DNA from: Vallitalea sp.
GTDB lineage: Bacteria > Bacillota > Clostridia > Lachnospirales > Vallitaleaceae
DNA length: 32,000 nt
NCBI GenBank assembly: GCA_025210235.1
Contig: JAOASG010000044.1
Coordinates: forward strand, 193,075-225,074
Direction: 5' to 3'
Below, one piece after another: positions 1 to 8,034 of the stretch. A model generated the notes under the pieces. It worked only from the letters and a program-made list of their open reading frames with translations. It was not told the origin of the DNA and made no database searches. The translations under genes were made by a program, and so were the position numbers. The number at the start of each line of letters is the position of its first letter. The first letter of the stretch is position 1.

Positions 1-45
1 TATTAAATCCATTATACTACTCATTAGAATCCCCCTCTAATAGCT

Positions 46-528
46 TTATTTCCGTTTAAATTTTTCATTAATGTATTTGATTGTTTCATTAGGAACCATC
101 TTACTTATGTCTCCACCATACATAGCAATTTCTTTAACTATACTAGCACTTAAAAAAGAATATTCTACTCTTGTAATCAAACATATAGTCTCAATATTAT
201 TGTCAAGACTATAATTAGTCTGAGCAATTTGTAATTCATATTCAAAATCCGATACTGCTCGAAATCCTCTAACAATAATTTCCGCATTTTTTTCTTTTAA
301 AAAATCTACTAATAATCCCGAAAAACTATCTACTTCAACGTTATCCAAATCTTTGGTTAAAGATTTTAATAGTTCAACTCTTTCCTCTATTGAAAATAAA
401 GGATTTTTGGAACTATTATGTAATACACCTACAATAAGTTTATCTACTAGTTTTGCACTTCTTTTTATTATATCTAAATGACCATTAGTAGCAGGGTCAA
501 AACTTCCTGGATATACAGCAATTCTCAT
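46..528 (-). CDS. coaD: phosphopantetheine adenylyltransferase
   Basis: ORF 46..549. [21 protein letters not shown] carries the nucleotidyltransferase HxGH-type motif and the length fits CoaD. Start trimmed to ATG at 528, which follows an AGGAGTG RBS. Confidence 0.93.
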   Translation of the reverse strand: MRIAVYPGSFDPATNGHLDIIKRSAKLVDKLIVGVLHNSSKNPLFSIEERVELLKSLTKDLDNVEVDSFSGLLVDFLKEKNAEIIVRGFRAVSDFEYELQIAQTNYSLDNNIETICLITRVEYSFLSASIVKEIAMYGGDISKMVPNETIKYINEKFKRK

Positions 529-704
529 TTTAGTCACTCCTAAATACAAAGGAGCTATTACTCCATTTGTTTATTATTGTAAATTATCTTTAGTATCTTA
601 GATAATTGCTTAATCAGTAATCAACTTCTTTACATAAAATATATATCTTATGTTCAGTCGCATCTATATATTGTATTAAAGAATCAAAGACATGTAATTA
701 GCAA

Positions 705-1259
705 TTATTCATACCTTATAAAAGTAAGTTTATTTGTTCTAAATATTTTTTCTTTTTCTATATAATATTTTGTGCTATTAATAAAATCAAAGTTTGTGTT
801 GATTGAACTTTCACATACTAACAATCCATCTTTTTCAAGTAAATCTTTTTCTTCAATTAAAGAAATAATCTTAGTTTCCCATCCATTATCATATGGTGGA
901 TCCATAAAAATAATATTAAATTTCTCGTTATTATCTTGTAATTTATTTATTGCATTTAAAACATCTATTTTGTAAATTATAGCCTTATCAGCTAATTTAG
1001 TTTTTTCTAGATTTTCTTGTATGCATTTTATAGAATCAATACTTTTTTCTACAAAAGTAACCTTGTCAGCTCCTCTACTTAGAGCTTCTATTCCAATTGC
1101 ACCACTTCCACTAAATAAATCTAAAAAAGAACTATTATATACTTCCATATTAATTATGTTAAACAATGTTTCTTTCGTTCTATCCGTTGTAGGTCTAACA
1201 TCTAACCCACTTGGTGTTACTAAATTAATTCTTCTTGCTTTACCAGATATTACTCTCAT
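705..1259 (-). CDS. rsmD: 16S rRNA (guanine966-N2)-methyltransferase RsmD
   Basis: ORF 705..1274. MRVISGKARR N-terminus, SAM-binding DLFSGSGAIGIEALSRGA and catalytic DPPY motif. Start trimmed to ATG 1259, downstream of GGAAAGGAAA. Confidence 0.9.
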   Translation of the reverse strand: MRVISGKARRINLVTPSGLDVRPTTDRTKETLFNIINMEVYNSSFLDLFSGSGAIGIEALSRGADKVTFVEKSIDSIKCIQENLEKTKLADKAIIYKIDVLNAINKLQDNNEKFNIIFMDPPYDNGWETKIISLIEEKDLLEKDGLLVCESSINTNFDFINSTKYYIEKEKIFRTNKLTFIRYE

Positions 1260-1372
1260 ATGTTTCCTTTCCATTCGACACTATTATTATAATATACACT
1301 ATTATTTTAACTCATTGACATAAATTGTCAATAAGCATTCTGTTCGATATATTTATTTTTTTCAAAAGCATC

Positions 1373-1412
1373 AAAAAAACCGCTAATCCAAAATAGGAAA
1401 ATCACGGTTTTT
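1373..1412 (-). terminator. putative rho-independent terminator downstream of the SASP gene
   Basis: AAAAACCG (1375-1382) pairs with CGGTTTTT (1405-1412), with a U-run on the minus strand. The stem is weak and AT-rich. Confidence 0.4.
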
Positions 1413-1421
1413 CTGAAAATA

Positions 1422-1613
1422 TTATTGACCCATTAAATTTTGTTCTGCTCTTTCAATTAATTTCTTAACCATATATCCACCAACTGAACCATTTTGAGCT
1501 GATGTTAAGTCACCATTGTAACCTTGTTTCAAAGGTACTCCAATTTCATTTGCTACTTCATATTTAAATTTTTCTAATGCTTCTCTTGCTTGTGGTACTA
1601 CATTCTTTGCCAT
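1422..1613 (-). CDS. alpha/beta-type small acid-soluble spore protein
   Basis: ORF 1422..1628. KFKYEVANEIGVPL...GSVGGYMVKKLIE matches the two conserved SASP blocks. ATG at 1613 lies 8 nt after a GGAGGG RBS. A forespore-type CATTGTA -10-like hexamer is at 1633-1639 (minus strand). Confidence 0.9.
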   Translation of the reverse strand: MAKNVVPQAREALEKFKYEVANEIGVPLKQGYNGDLTSAQNGSVGGYMVKKLIERAEQNLMGQ

Positions 1614-1792
1614 ACCTAGACCCTCCAATTCTTACAATGCTAAATTTTAGTGTCCTCTTCGAAGAGATGTAATTAGGTTACGATATTATTATATGTATAT
1701 TAATTAATATTACACTAGTAAATACTGTATTTAAAACTAAAAAAATGCAATTTTAATAATTAATTTTTTTTGGAATTTGTGGTTTGACGTGT

Positions 1793-2183
1793 GGCTCGGG
1801 GAGGGTATATGGTATTATAATAACTTGCCTTACCTGTGAAGCGGCCGGTCAGCGTTATTCTAATACCATATACCCTTGTCATGGATACGTTATTGCAAAC
1901 GATAGTTTGTGGGGTCAAAGGTATTTTCAATAGTTGATGATAGCTACTATTTTTAAATATCACCACTAGCCTAATACTAGCCAAGTAGGTTGATAGGTAT
2001 TAAAAAGTAGTGACTTTAAATCTTCCTTAGAAAACACTTTGTGAATGGAAAAATGGTTTCCGTTAAGAAAATTAAATGTTTGACTGCAAGGAGTTTTTAA
2101 TTTTTAGGAAACCATTTTGGAATGAACTTAGTTTTTCTTAGGAACGATTTAACTGAACGGATTTTTAATACCTATCAACCTAC
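1793..2183 (+). ncRNA. unclassified ORF-free structured element, copy A (hairpin H1 + linker + ~200-nt rod)
   Basis: No credible ORF. Homologous to 21683-22171. H1 at 1803-1875 has 22-nt arms. The rod has a perfect 22-bp base (1985-2006 with 2162-2183) and a perfect 12-bp inner stem (2050-2061 with 2107-2118). Plus strand is only tentatively favoured, because the conserved internal loops are purine-rich on that strand. Confidence 0.6.
1803..1875. repeat. conserved hairpin repeat H1, copy A
   Basis: Arms GGGTATATGGTATTATAATAAC (1803-1824) and GTTATTCTAATACCATATACCC (1854-1875) pair at 21 of 22 positions. The 29-nt loop contains GAAGCGGCCGGTC. Differs from 21693-21766 by 2 substitutions and 1 indel. 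Confidence 0.85.
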
Positions 2184-2224
2184 GACCGTCTTGTACAGTA
2201 TTTAGTTTGACGAAAACCTCAAGT

Positions 2225-4279
2225 TTATAAAAATATCTGTTTAATACTCTCCGAAAAATACTTTAAAATCTTTTCATTCAAATATTTATACTGATCACTC
2301 TCTAGATGTTTATCCTCATCTAATATTTGCCTAGCCAAGCTATTAGCCTCTTTTAATACATCCATATCTCTAAATATATCTCCAATATTAAATTCTGGAA
2401 GTCCATGTTGTTTTAAGCCAAATACATCTCCTGGTCCTCTAAGTTTTAAATCATATTCAGAAATTACAAATCCATCTGTATACTTACACATAATATCCAT
2501 TCTTTTTTTAGTAATATTATTTTTTGAATCTGTAATTAGTATGCAATAAGATTTATGCTTTCCTCTTCCTACTCTACCTCTAAGCTGGTGAAGTCCTGCG
2601 AGTCCAAATCTCTCTGCATTTTCTATTATCATCATAGTTGCATTAGGAACATTGACACCAACTTCTATTACTGTTGTAGATACAAGTACATTAATCTCAT
2701 TATCACTAAATCTCTCCATTATTTCATTTTTTTCTTTTGCTTTCATTTTTCCATGTAAATAATCAATCTTAGCGCTACTATCAATTTTATCTTTTAATTT
2801 TTCAGTATATGAAATTACAGACTCAAGTTCTAATGTATCAGAATCTTCTACCATGGGACAAATAATATATACTTGTCTTCCACTATTAATTTCTCTCTGA
2901 ATAAAAGAATATATACGTTCTCTATAAGAAGTATTTACTGCATAAGTTTCTATTTTTTGCCTTCCTGGAGGCATTTCATCGATTATAGAAACATCCATAT
3001 CTCCATATACTATAAGAGCTAATGTCCTTGGTATTGGTGTTGCACTCATAACAAGAATATGTGGATAATTGCCTTTTTCCGCTAAGATTTTCCTTTGTTT
3101 TACTCCAAATCTATGTTGTTCATCCGTTATTACTAATGCAAGATTTTTAAACTCAACTTTTTCTTGAATGATAGCATGAGTCCCAATTAATATATTAATT
3201 TCACCTGATTTTAACTTATTATAAATGATTTCTTTATTTTTTTTAGTAACAGATCCAACTAATAATTCAACTTTTATTCCTAATGGAGTTAATAACTCTG
3301 AGATTGATTTAAAGTGCTGTTTTGCTAATACTTCAGTTGGAGCCATCATACATCCTTGATAATTATTATCTGCTATTATAACTAGTGCTAAAGCTGCTAT
3401 AATAGTTTTACCTGAACCAACATCTCCTTGGACCAATCTATTCATAGTTTTATTAGACATCAAGTCCTCTTTTATTTCACTCCATACTTTTTGTTGAGCA
3501 CCAGTTAAAGAATACGGTAACGATTTAATTAATTTATTTTCACTGTCTCCTAAAGATATATTAAAATTATTAATAATATCATTAGAATGACCTTTTATTA
3601 AATTCAATCCTAATGCAAACAGTAAAAATTCATCAAAAACTAGTCTCCTTCGGGCAATTTCAAGAGATTGAAAACTATCTGGATTATGAATTTGTTTAAT
3701 AGAATAATTATATTCTGCTAAATTGTACTTAGCTTTAATACTATTATTCAAAAAATCTTTCAAGCTATTATCAGTATACTCTATAGCTTGTCTAATAATA
3801 GTACTTATGAAATTCATAGAAATATCTTTTGTAAGCGGATATATCGGCTTTAGTCTATTTATATTAGTTTTATATTTTGACACCTCTATCATTTCTGGTG
3901 AGCTCATTTGAATCATATTATATTTATTTTCAACCTTACCTTTAAACACATATTTGCTTCCAATTTTTAATTTATTTTTTAGATATGGTTGAGAAAACCA
4001 AATAGCAAATATTTCTCCAGTATTGTCCCTAATTTTAGTTTTAGTTAAAATCAAAGTTTTCTTTCTTATGTTTTGTGTTGATAAACATATTGTACCTTCT
4101 ATAACATTTATTTCATTCATTTTAATATCTGCTATTTTAGTTATGGGCATAATTGTTTCATAGTCTCTAGGATAATAGTTTAATAAATCTTCTATTGTTT
4201 GTATTCTAGCTTTTTGTAATACTTTACTTTTTTTATCTCCTATTCCCTTTAAAACCGTTACAGATAAATTTGTATTCAT
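2225..4279 (-). CDS. recG: ATP-dependent DNA helicase RecG
   Basis: ORF 2225..4330. Wedge-domain N-terminus, Walker A GDVGSGKT, DEQH box, QLRGRVGRG motif VI. Start trimmed to ATG 4279 (MNTNLSVTVLKGIG), 7 nt after GGAGG. The upstream ORF extension overlaps a terminator hairpin. Confidence 0.95.
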   Translation of the reverse strand: MNTNLSVTVLKGIGDKKSKVLQKARIQTIEDLLNYYPRDYETIMPITKIADIKMNEINVIEGTICLSTQNIRKKTLILTKTKIRDNTGEIFAIWFSQPYLKNKLKIGSKYVFKGKVENKYNMIQMSSPEMIEVSKYKTNINRLKPIYPLTKDISMNFISTIIRQAIEYTDNSLKDFLNNSIKAKYNLAEYNYSIKQIHNPDSFQSLEIARRRLVFDEFLLFALGLNLIKGHSNDIINNFNISLGDSENKLIKSLPYSLTGAQQKVWSEIKEDLMSNKTMNRLVQGDVGSGKTIIAALALVIIADNNYQGCMMAPTEVLAKQHFKSISELLTPLGIKVELLVGSVTKKNKEIIYNKLKSGEINILIGTHAIIQEKVEFKNLALVITDEQHRFGVKQRKILAEKGNYPHILVMSATPIPRTLALIVYGDMDVSIIDEMPPGRQKIETYAVNTSYRERIYSFIQREINSGRQVYIICPMVEDSDTLELESVISYTEKLKDKIDSSAKIDYLHGKMKAKEKNEIMERFSDNEINVLVSTTVIEVGVNVPNATMMIIENAERFGLAGLHQLRGRVGRGKHKSYCILITDSKNNITKKRMDIMCKYTDGFVISEYDLKLRGPGDVFGLKQHGLPEFNIGDIFRDMDVLKEANSLARQILDEDKHLESDQYKYLNEKILKYFSESIKQIFL

Positions 4280-4299
4280 ATAAACCTCCACTTTAAAGG

Positions 4300-4327
4300 C
4301 AAAATAGACTGTCTCTATAAGACAGTC
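4300..4327 (-). terminator. putative terminator/attenuator between yloV and recG
   Basis: GACTGTCT (4307-4314) pairs with AGACAGTC (4320-4327) around a 5-nt loop, followed on the minus strand by TATTTT. Confidence 0.5.
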
Positions 4328-4370
4328 CAAATTTCACTAATAATATTAGAATGTTTAGCTTCGTAACATA

Positions 4371-6041
4371 TTATTCTACTGATAGTATATAATAATATAG
4401 TGGTTGACCACCATAATGAACTTCTACATCACAATCTTCGTAATTTTCTTCTATATATTTTCCGAATTCATCTGCAATATCCTTATCTACTTCTTGACCA
4501 TAGTATATAATAACTAACTCACTTTCATCGTTTATTAACTGTTTAACTAATTCCTTAGCCGCAATATCTAAATCTTTTTGAACTGAAAGAATTTTATCAT
4601 TACCTATTCCAAGGATATCTCCTTCTCTAATTTCTTTCTCATCGATGCTAGTATCTCTAACAGCAAAGGTTAGCTGCCCCGTAGAAACGTCTAACATAGA
4701 TTCTTCCATATTTTCAATATTTTCTTCAATATCTTTCTCAAATTCAAAGCTAATCATAGCAGAAATACCTTGTGGTATTGATTTTGAGTTAATAACAATA
4801 ACATTTTTATCTTCACATAATTCACTTGCTTGTTTAGCCGCTAATATTATATTCTTATTATTAGGTAGAATAAATACATTATCAGCATTTACTTCTTTGA
4901 TTGCGTTCAACACATCCTCTGTACTAGGATTCATAGTTTGACCGCCTTTAATAATATAATCAACTCCTAAGCTCCTAAAAATCTCGTTTAATCCTTCTCC
5001 AATAGATACTGCAACAAAACCTATTTCTTTTCTTTCCTCAGGTATTGGAGTCGTTATATTAACAGCTTCGTGTTCTTCTTTAGAGATAACTCTAGCTGAA
5101 TGTTGTTGCCTCATATTATCAATCTTTAAGTTCACTAATTCCCCTAATTCTAACGCTTTTTGAATAGCTAAACCTGGGTCATTAGTATGTACATGAACTT
5201 TAATAATATCATCATAACCAGCAACCACAATTGAATCACCTAAAGTTTCTAAGTAATCTCTAAAAGTGTAACTATCCTCTTCAGTGCTAGCTGGATTATT
5301 TACATTAATAATAAATTCTGTACAATAACCAAATTTGATGTTTTCAGTTGCTAAACTACCATCTAAATGTACATCATTTTCTTTTGTAAGTGTATCTGAA
5401 GCAATGTCAAAATCTAATTCTTTTCCTTCTTCAAGTGATTTAAGTGCACCTCTAAAGATATATATAAGTCCTTGTCCACCAGCGTCTACAACACCTGCTT
5501 GCTTTAAAACATCTAACATTTCTGGAGTTTTTTGGAGGACTTCTTCTGCATGTTTAATACCTTCTCTAAAAACAAACTCAACATCGTTTGAATCCACTGA
5601 TAACATAGATACTCTTTCAGCCATTTCCCTAGCTACTGTAAGTATTGTCCCTTCTTTTGGCTTCATAACTGCTCTATACGCAGTTTCTACACCTTTTTGA
5701 AAAGATTGTGCTAAAACCAAAGTATCAATTCTTTCATTTTCTCCTATTACTTTTGCAAAACCTCTAAGTAACTGAGACAATATAACACCTGAATTCCCTC
5801 TAGCTCCTCTAAGTGAACCAGATGAAATTGCTTTAGCTACTTCTTTAATATTATTAAAATCACAACTGCTTACTTCTTTAGCTGCTGACAATATTGTCAA
5901 AGACATATTTGTTCCTGTATCTCCATCTGGAACTGGAAAGACGTTTAATTTGTCAACATACGCCTTCTTAGATTCCAATTTTTTTGCTCCTGAAACAAAC
6001 ATTTTCTTTAATGTAATTGAATCTATATATTCTATAGCCAC
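4371..6041 (-). CDS. yloV: DAK2-domain protein, YloV/FakA-like (fatty acid kinase subunit family)
   Basis: 556 aa. N-terminal Dak2 signature VFPVPDGDTGTNM...GARGNSGVILSQ. Conserved position after asp23/yloU and before recG. Confidence 0.88.
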   Translation of the reverse strand: MAIEYIDSITLKKMFVSGAKKLESKKAYVDKLNVFPVPDGDTGTNMSLTILSAAKEVSSCDFNNIKEVAKAISSGSLRGARGNSGVILSQLLRGFAKVIGENERIDTLVLAQSFQKGVETAYRAVMKPKEGTILTVAREMAERVSMLSVDSNDVEFVFREGIKHAEEVLQKTPEMLDVLKQAGVVDAGGQGLIYIFRGALKSLEEGKELDFDIASDTLTKENDVHLDGSLATENIKFGYCTEFIINVNNPASTEEDSYTFRDYLETLGDSIVVAGYDDIIKVHVHTNDPGLAIQKALELGELVNLKIDNMRQQHSARVISKEEHEAVNITTPIPEERKEIGFVAVSIGEGLNEIFRSLGVDYIIKGGQTMNPSTEDVLNAIKEVNADNVFILPNNKNIILAAKQASELCEDKNVIVINSKSIPQGISAMISFEFEKDIEENIENMEESMLDVSTGQLTFAVRDTSIDEKEIREGDILGIGNDKILSVQKDLDIAAKELVKQLINDESELVIIYYGQEVDKDIADEFGKYIEENYEDCDVEVHYGGQPLYYYILSVE

Positions 6042-6074
6042 AACTTTTCCTCCTCGATAAATACTTCCTTAAGG

Positions 6075-6428
6075 CTAATCAACTCTAACGCCTTCAACAA
6101 AAAAATTAATCTTTCCTACTTCCATTCCTGTGAAGTTTTCAAGTTTATATTTTACATTATTAATTAAATTATCTGCAACCGCTCTTATATTAATTCCATA
6201 TTCAATAATTACATGAAAATCTATTGATATAATATTATTTAATACATCTACTTTTATACCTTTTGTTAAACTCTCTCTTTTAAGTAATCTAACAATCCCA
6301 TTAGTAACATTAATTGATGCCATACCAACTATACCAAAACACTCAATAGCTGTTAATCCCGCTACTTTAGCTATTACTTCATTATCAATGGTAATATCTC
6401 CAATATTTGATCCAATCCTTCCAGTCAT
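6075..6428 (-). CDS. yloU: Asp23/Gls24 family envelope stress protein (YloU-like)
   Basis: 117 aa with Asp23-family pattern (ITIDNEVIAKVAGLTAIECFGIVGM). Synteny with yloV. Confidence 0.85.
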   Translation of the reverse strand: MTGRIGSNIGDITIDNEVIAKVAGLTAIECFGIVGMASINVTNGIVRLLKRESLTKGIKVDVLNNIISIDFHVIIEYGINIRAVADNLINNVKYKLENFTGMEVGKINFFVEGVRVD

Positions 6429-6834
6429 ATAATAAACCTCCTTTTTTATTTTTTATTTAAGTAATTTCAAAACTACATTTAGTTAATTCTTTTAATACAA
6501 TATGTGGATTTCCACTTATAATAAGAACTACATATTGTATATAAAGATTAAATCTTGTTTTGGAATTACCTATTTTTTATTAGATAATTTTTATTACCTA
6601 ATGTTGTATTAAAAATAATTACTTATTATTATAATTGTAAATAAATATTCAAAGTACCCATTTGCACTCTTAGATTCTAGAAATTATTCGTTTTATTTAA
6701 ACAGTATTTCTATCGATATTATTAAAATATTTTCTTTTTCTTAAATTATTATAATCTAATACTTGCATTATGTCCACTTTTTTGTTAAAATTGTTTTGTT
6801 GTAAATACGTACGTATTATTAAGGAGGTGCAATT

Positions 6835-7020
6835 ATGGCTAAGTGTGATATTTGTGATAAAAGCGTTCATTTCGGAATTAAAGTGAGCCATTCTCATAAA
6901 AGAGCTAATAAAATGTGGAAACCTAACATTAGAAGAGTTAGAGCAATCGTAAATGGTCAACCAAAAAGATTAAATGTTTGTTCTAAATGTTTAAAATCAG
7001 GTGCGGTAGAACGTGCATAA
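6835..7020 (+). CDS. rpmB: 50S ribosomal protein L28 (Cys-containing, zinc-ribbon type)
   Basis: 61 aa MAKCDICDK...VSHSHKRANK...VCSKCLKSGAVERA. AAGGAGG RBS 7 nt upstream. The only plus-strand gene in the window. Confidence 0.95.
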   Translation: MAKCDICDKSVHFGIKVSHSHKRANKMWKPNIRRVRAIVNGQPKRLNVCSKCLKSGAVERA

Positions 7021-7098
7021 AATAATCCCCATTCATGGGAGGTCTGCTGAAAATTTTTTAGACTTTTCAGTAGACTTAATCATGGGGATTATTTTTTT
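7021..7098 (+). terminator. rho-independent terminator of rpmB (compound hairpin, possibly bidirectional)
   Basis: AATAATCCCCAT (7021-7032) pairs with ATGGGGATTATT (7082-7093), followed by a T-run. An inner hairpin pairs GTCTGCTGAAAA with TTTTCAGTAGAC. Confidence 0.8.
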
Positions 7099-7178
7099 GT
7101 ATTTTAATATAGAAAAGTTCATTACTTTACAGAAAAACTTCCCTATAATTCCTAAAAAATTTGCGTAGCAAATTTTAG

Positions 7179-7337
7179 TTAACATTTTAATAACCAAATA
7201 CCTATACATAATAAAGTAAGTGAAAGAACAACACCTACAGCTCCTTTAGGTAATATAGAAATTAATAATGTGCCTAAAGCTATGGATATTAAAATAACGC
7301 CTATTAATTTTGTTCTAAAGCACATTTTTTTCACCAT
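7179..7337 (-). CDS. hypothetical small membrane protein (52 aa, two hydrophobic segments)
   Basis: Below the ORF-track cutoff, translated by hand: MVKKMCFRTKLIGVILISIALGTLLISILPKGAVGVVLSLTLLCIGIWLLKC. No strong RBS. The alternative ATG at 7325 follows GGTGA. Confidence 0.35.
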   Translation of the reverse strand: MVKKMCFRTKLIGVILISIALGTLLISILPKGAVGVVLSLTLLCIGIWLLKC

Positions 7338-7392
7338 ACTACAAGTATCATTATATTATATGTTAAATATCTAAACTTAATTACCAAAATAT

Positions 7393-8034
7393 CTAATCCC
7401 TTGATTTAATTATAATAAGTACTCCATCTCTAATACTTATTGTAGCTTCATCACCAATCAATTCGTTACTAATTCCAATAGAAAGCCCCTGTTCCATAGT
7501 ATATTCGTTTAATTCATACTTCAAACCGCTAGTTGTAATACCTGAAACATTGTTTGTAAATGGAATCAAAGAAATATATTTATAACTATCTCTTTTTAGT
7601 TTTATATTGGTATTTAAAAGCGTAATAACATTATTTCTATTAATTATTCGGCATTTAATCCCTTCTTTTAATGGAATTAATAGAATATGTATATTTGCTA
7701 ATGTGTGATCTATTCTACTTCCTATGCCACCAAAAATATCTATATGTTTACTTCCCATTTTAACAGCTTCTAAAATAGCTAAATGTGTATCAGTCTCATT
7801 TTTTTCCGCAATAAACCTTTTTAATTTAATGTTAGTATTATTTGATAATTCTTTAATCACTTCTTGATTTATTGAATCAAAATCGCCTATCATTAAATCA
7901 GGTAAAACAGAAATATTATATAAATATTCTACTCCTTTATCTACACCTATTATATAATCATATTTATTTTGTTTTAAAAAATCCCGAAGATAATCTAAAT
8001 CCAGACTACCTCCAGTAATTATTAATGTTCTCAT
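7393..8034 (-). CDS. thiN: thiamine pyrophosphokinase
   Basis: 213 aa with GDFDS motif and the position after rpe (YloS-like). Its start overlaps the rpe stop (TAATG). Confidence 0.88.
   Translation of the reverse strand: MRTLIITGGSLDLDYLRDFLKQNKYDYIIGVDKGVEYLYNISVLPDLMIGDFDSINQEVIKELSNNTNIKLKRFIAEKNETDTHLAILEAVKMGSKHIDIFGGIGSRIDHTLANIHILLIPLKEGIKCRIINRNNVITLLNTNIKLKRDSYKYISLIPFTNNVSGITTSGLKYELNEYTMEQGLSIGISNELIGDEATISIRDGVLIIIKSRD

Noticed and set aside
1825-1853. H1 loop (AAGCGGCCGG) as a twister-like or other small self-cleaving ribozyme core, and GATGA at ~1934-1938 as a hammerhead box
   Set aside because: Only short partial matches. The required pseudoknot partners and conserved cores are not present in both copies.
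1760-1984. 74-aa minus-strand ORF in the recG-ssp gap
   Set aside because: It runs straight through hairpin H1 and the conserved linker. It has no RBS and an odd composition, and the homologous copy B has stops in the corresponding frame. It is an artefact of the structured element.
1985-2183. The rod interpreted as an invertible promoter (inverton) flanked by 22-bp inverted repeats, likewise 21955-22171
   Set aside because: The interior is itself self-complementary along its whole length, and the internal stems covary between copies, which fits a folded rod and not a flip cassette. No recombinase gene is nearby. DNA inversion is not formally excluded. Read-pair orientation analysis would settle it.
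1793-2183. The elements as ordinary MITEs or IS remnants
   Set aside because: Outside H1 the two copies are too diverged for recent transposition yet keep their pairing. I could see no flanking target-site duplications, and there is no transposase in the window. The idea is kept only as an alternative for H1 itself.
2041-2200. Mini-ORFs inside the rods starting at the conserved motifs (MNGK.../MNGN... at 2041 and 22013, MNLV... at 2122 and 22112)
   Set aside because: They have no RBS, unrelated lengths and sequences after 3-4 codons, and differing stop positions. The shared codons are just the conserved RNA loop.
6697-6960. 87-aa minus-strand ORF overlapping rpmB
   Set aside because: It is antisense to a clear L28 gene and extends into AT-rich intergenic DNA. 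It has no RBS and no recognisable motif.
7021-7392. Expected a SpoVM-like ~26-aa ORF next to rpmB, as I recall it in Bacillus
   Set aside because: Hand translation of both strands gave no amphipathic MKFYTIKLPKFLGG-like peptide. The only short ORFs found (for example the 28-aa MNFSILKYKK...) overlap the rpmB terminator hairpin.
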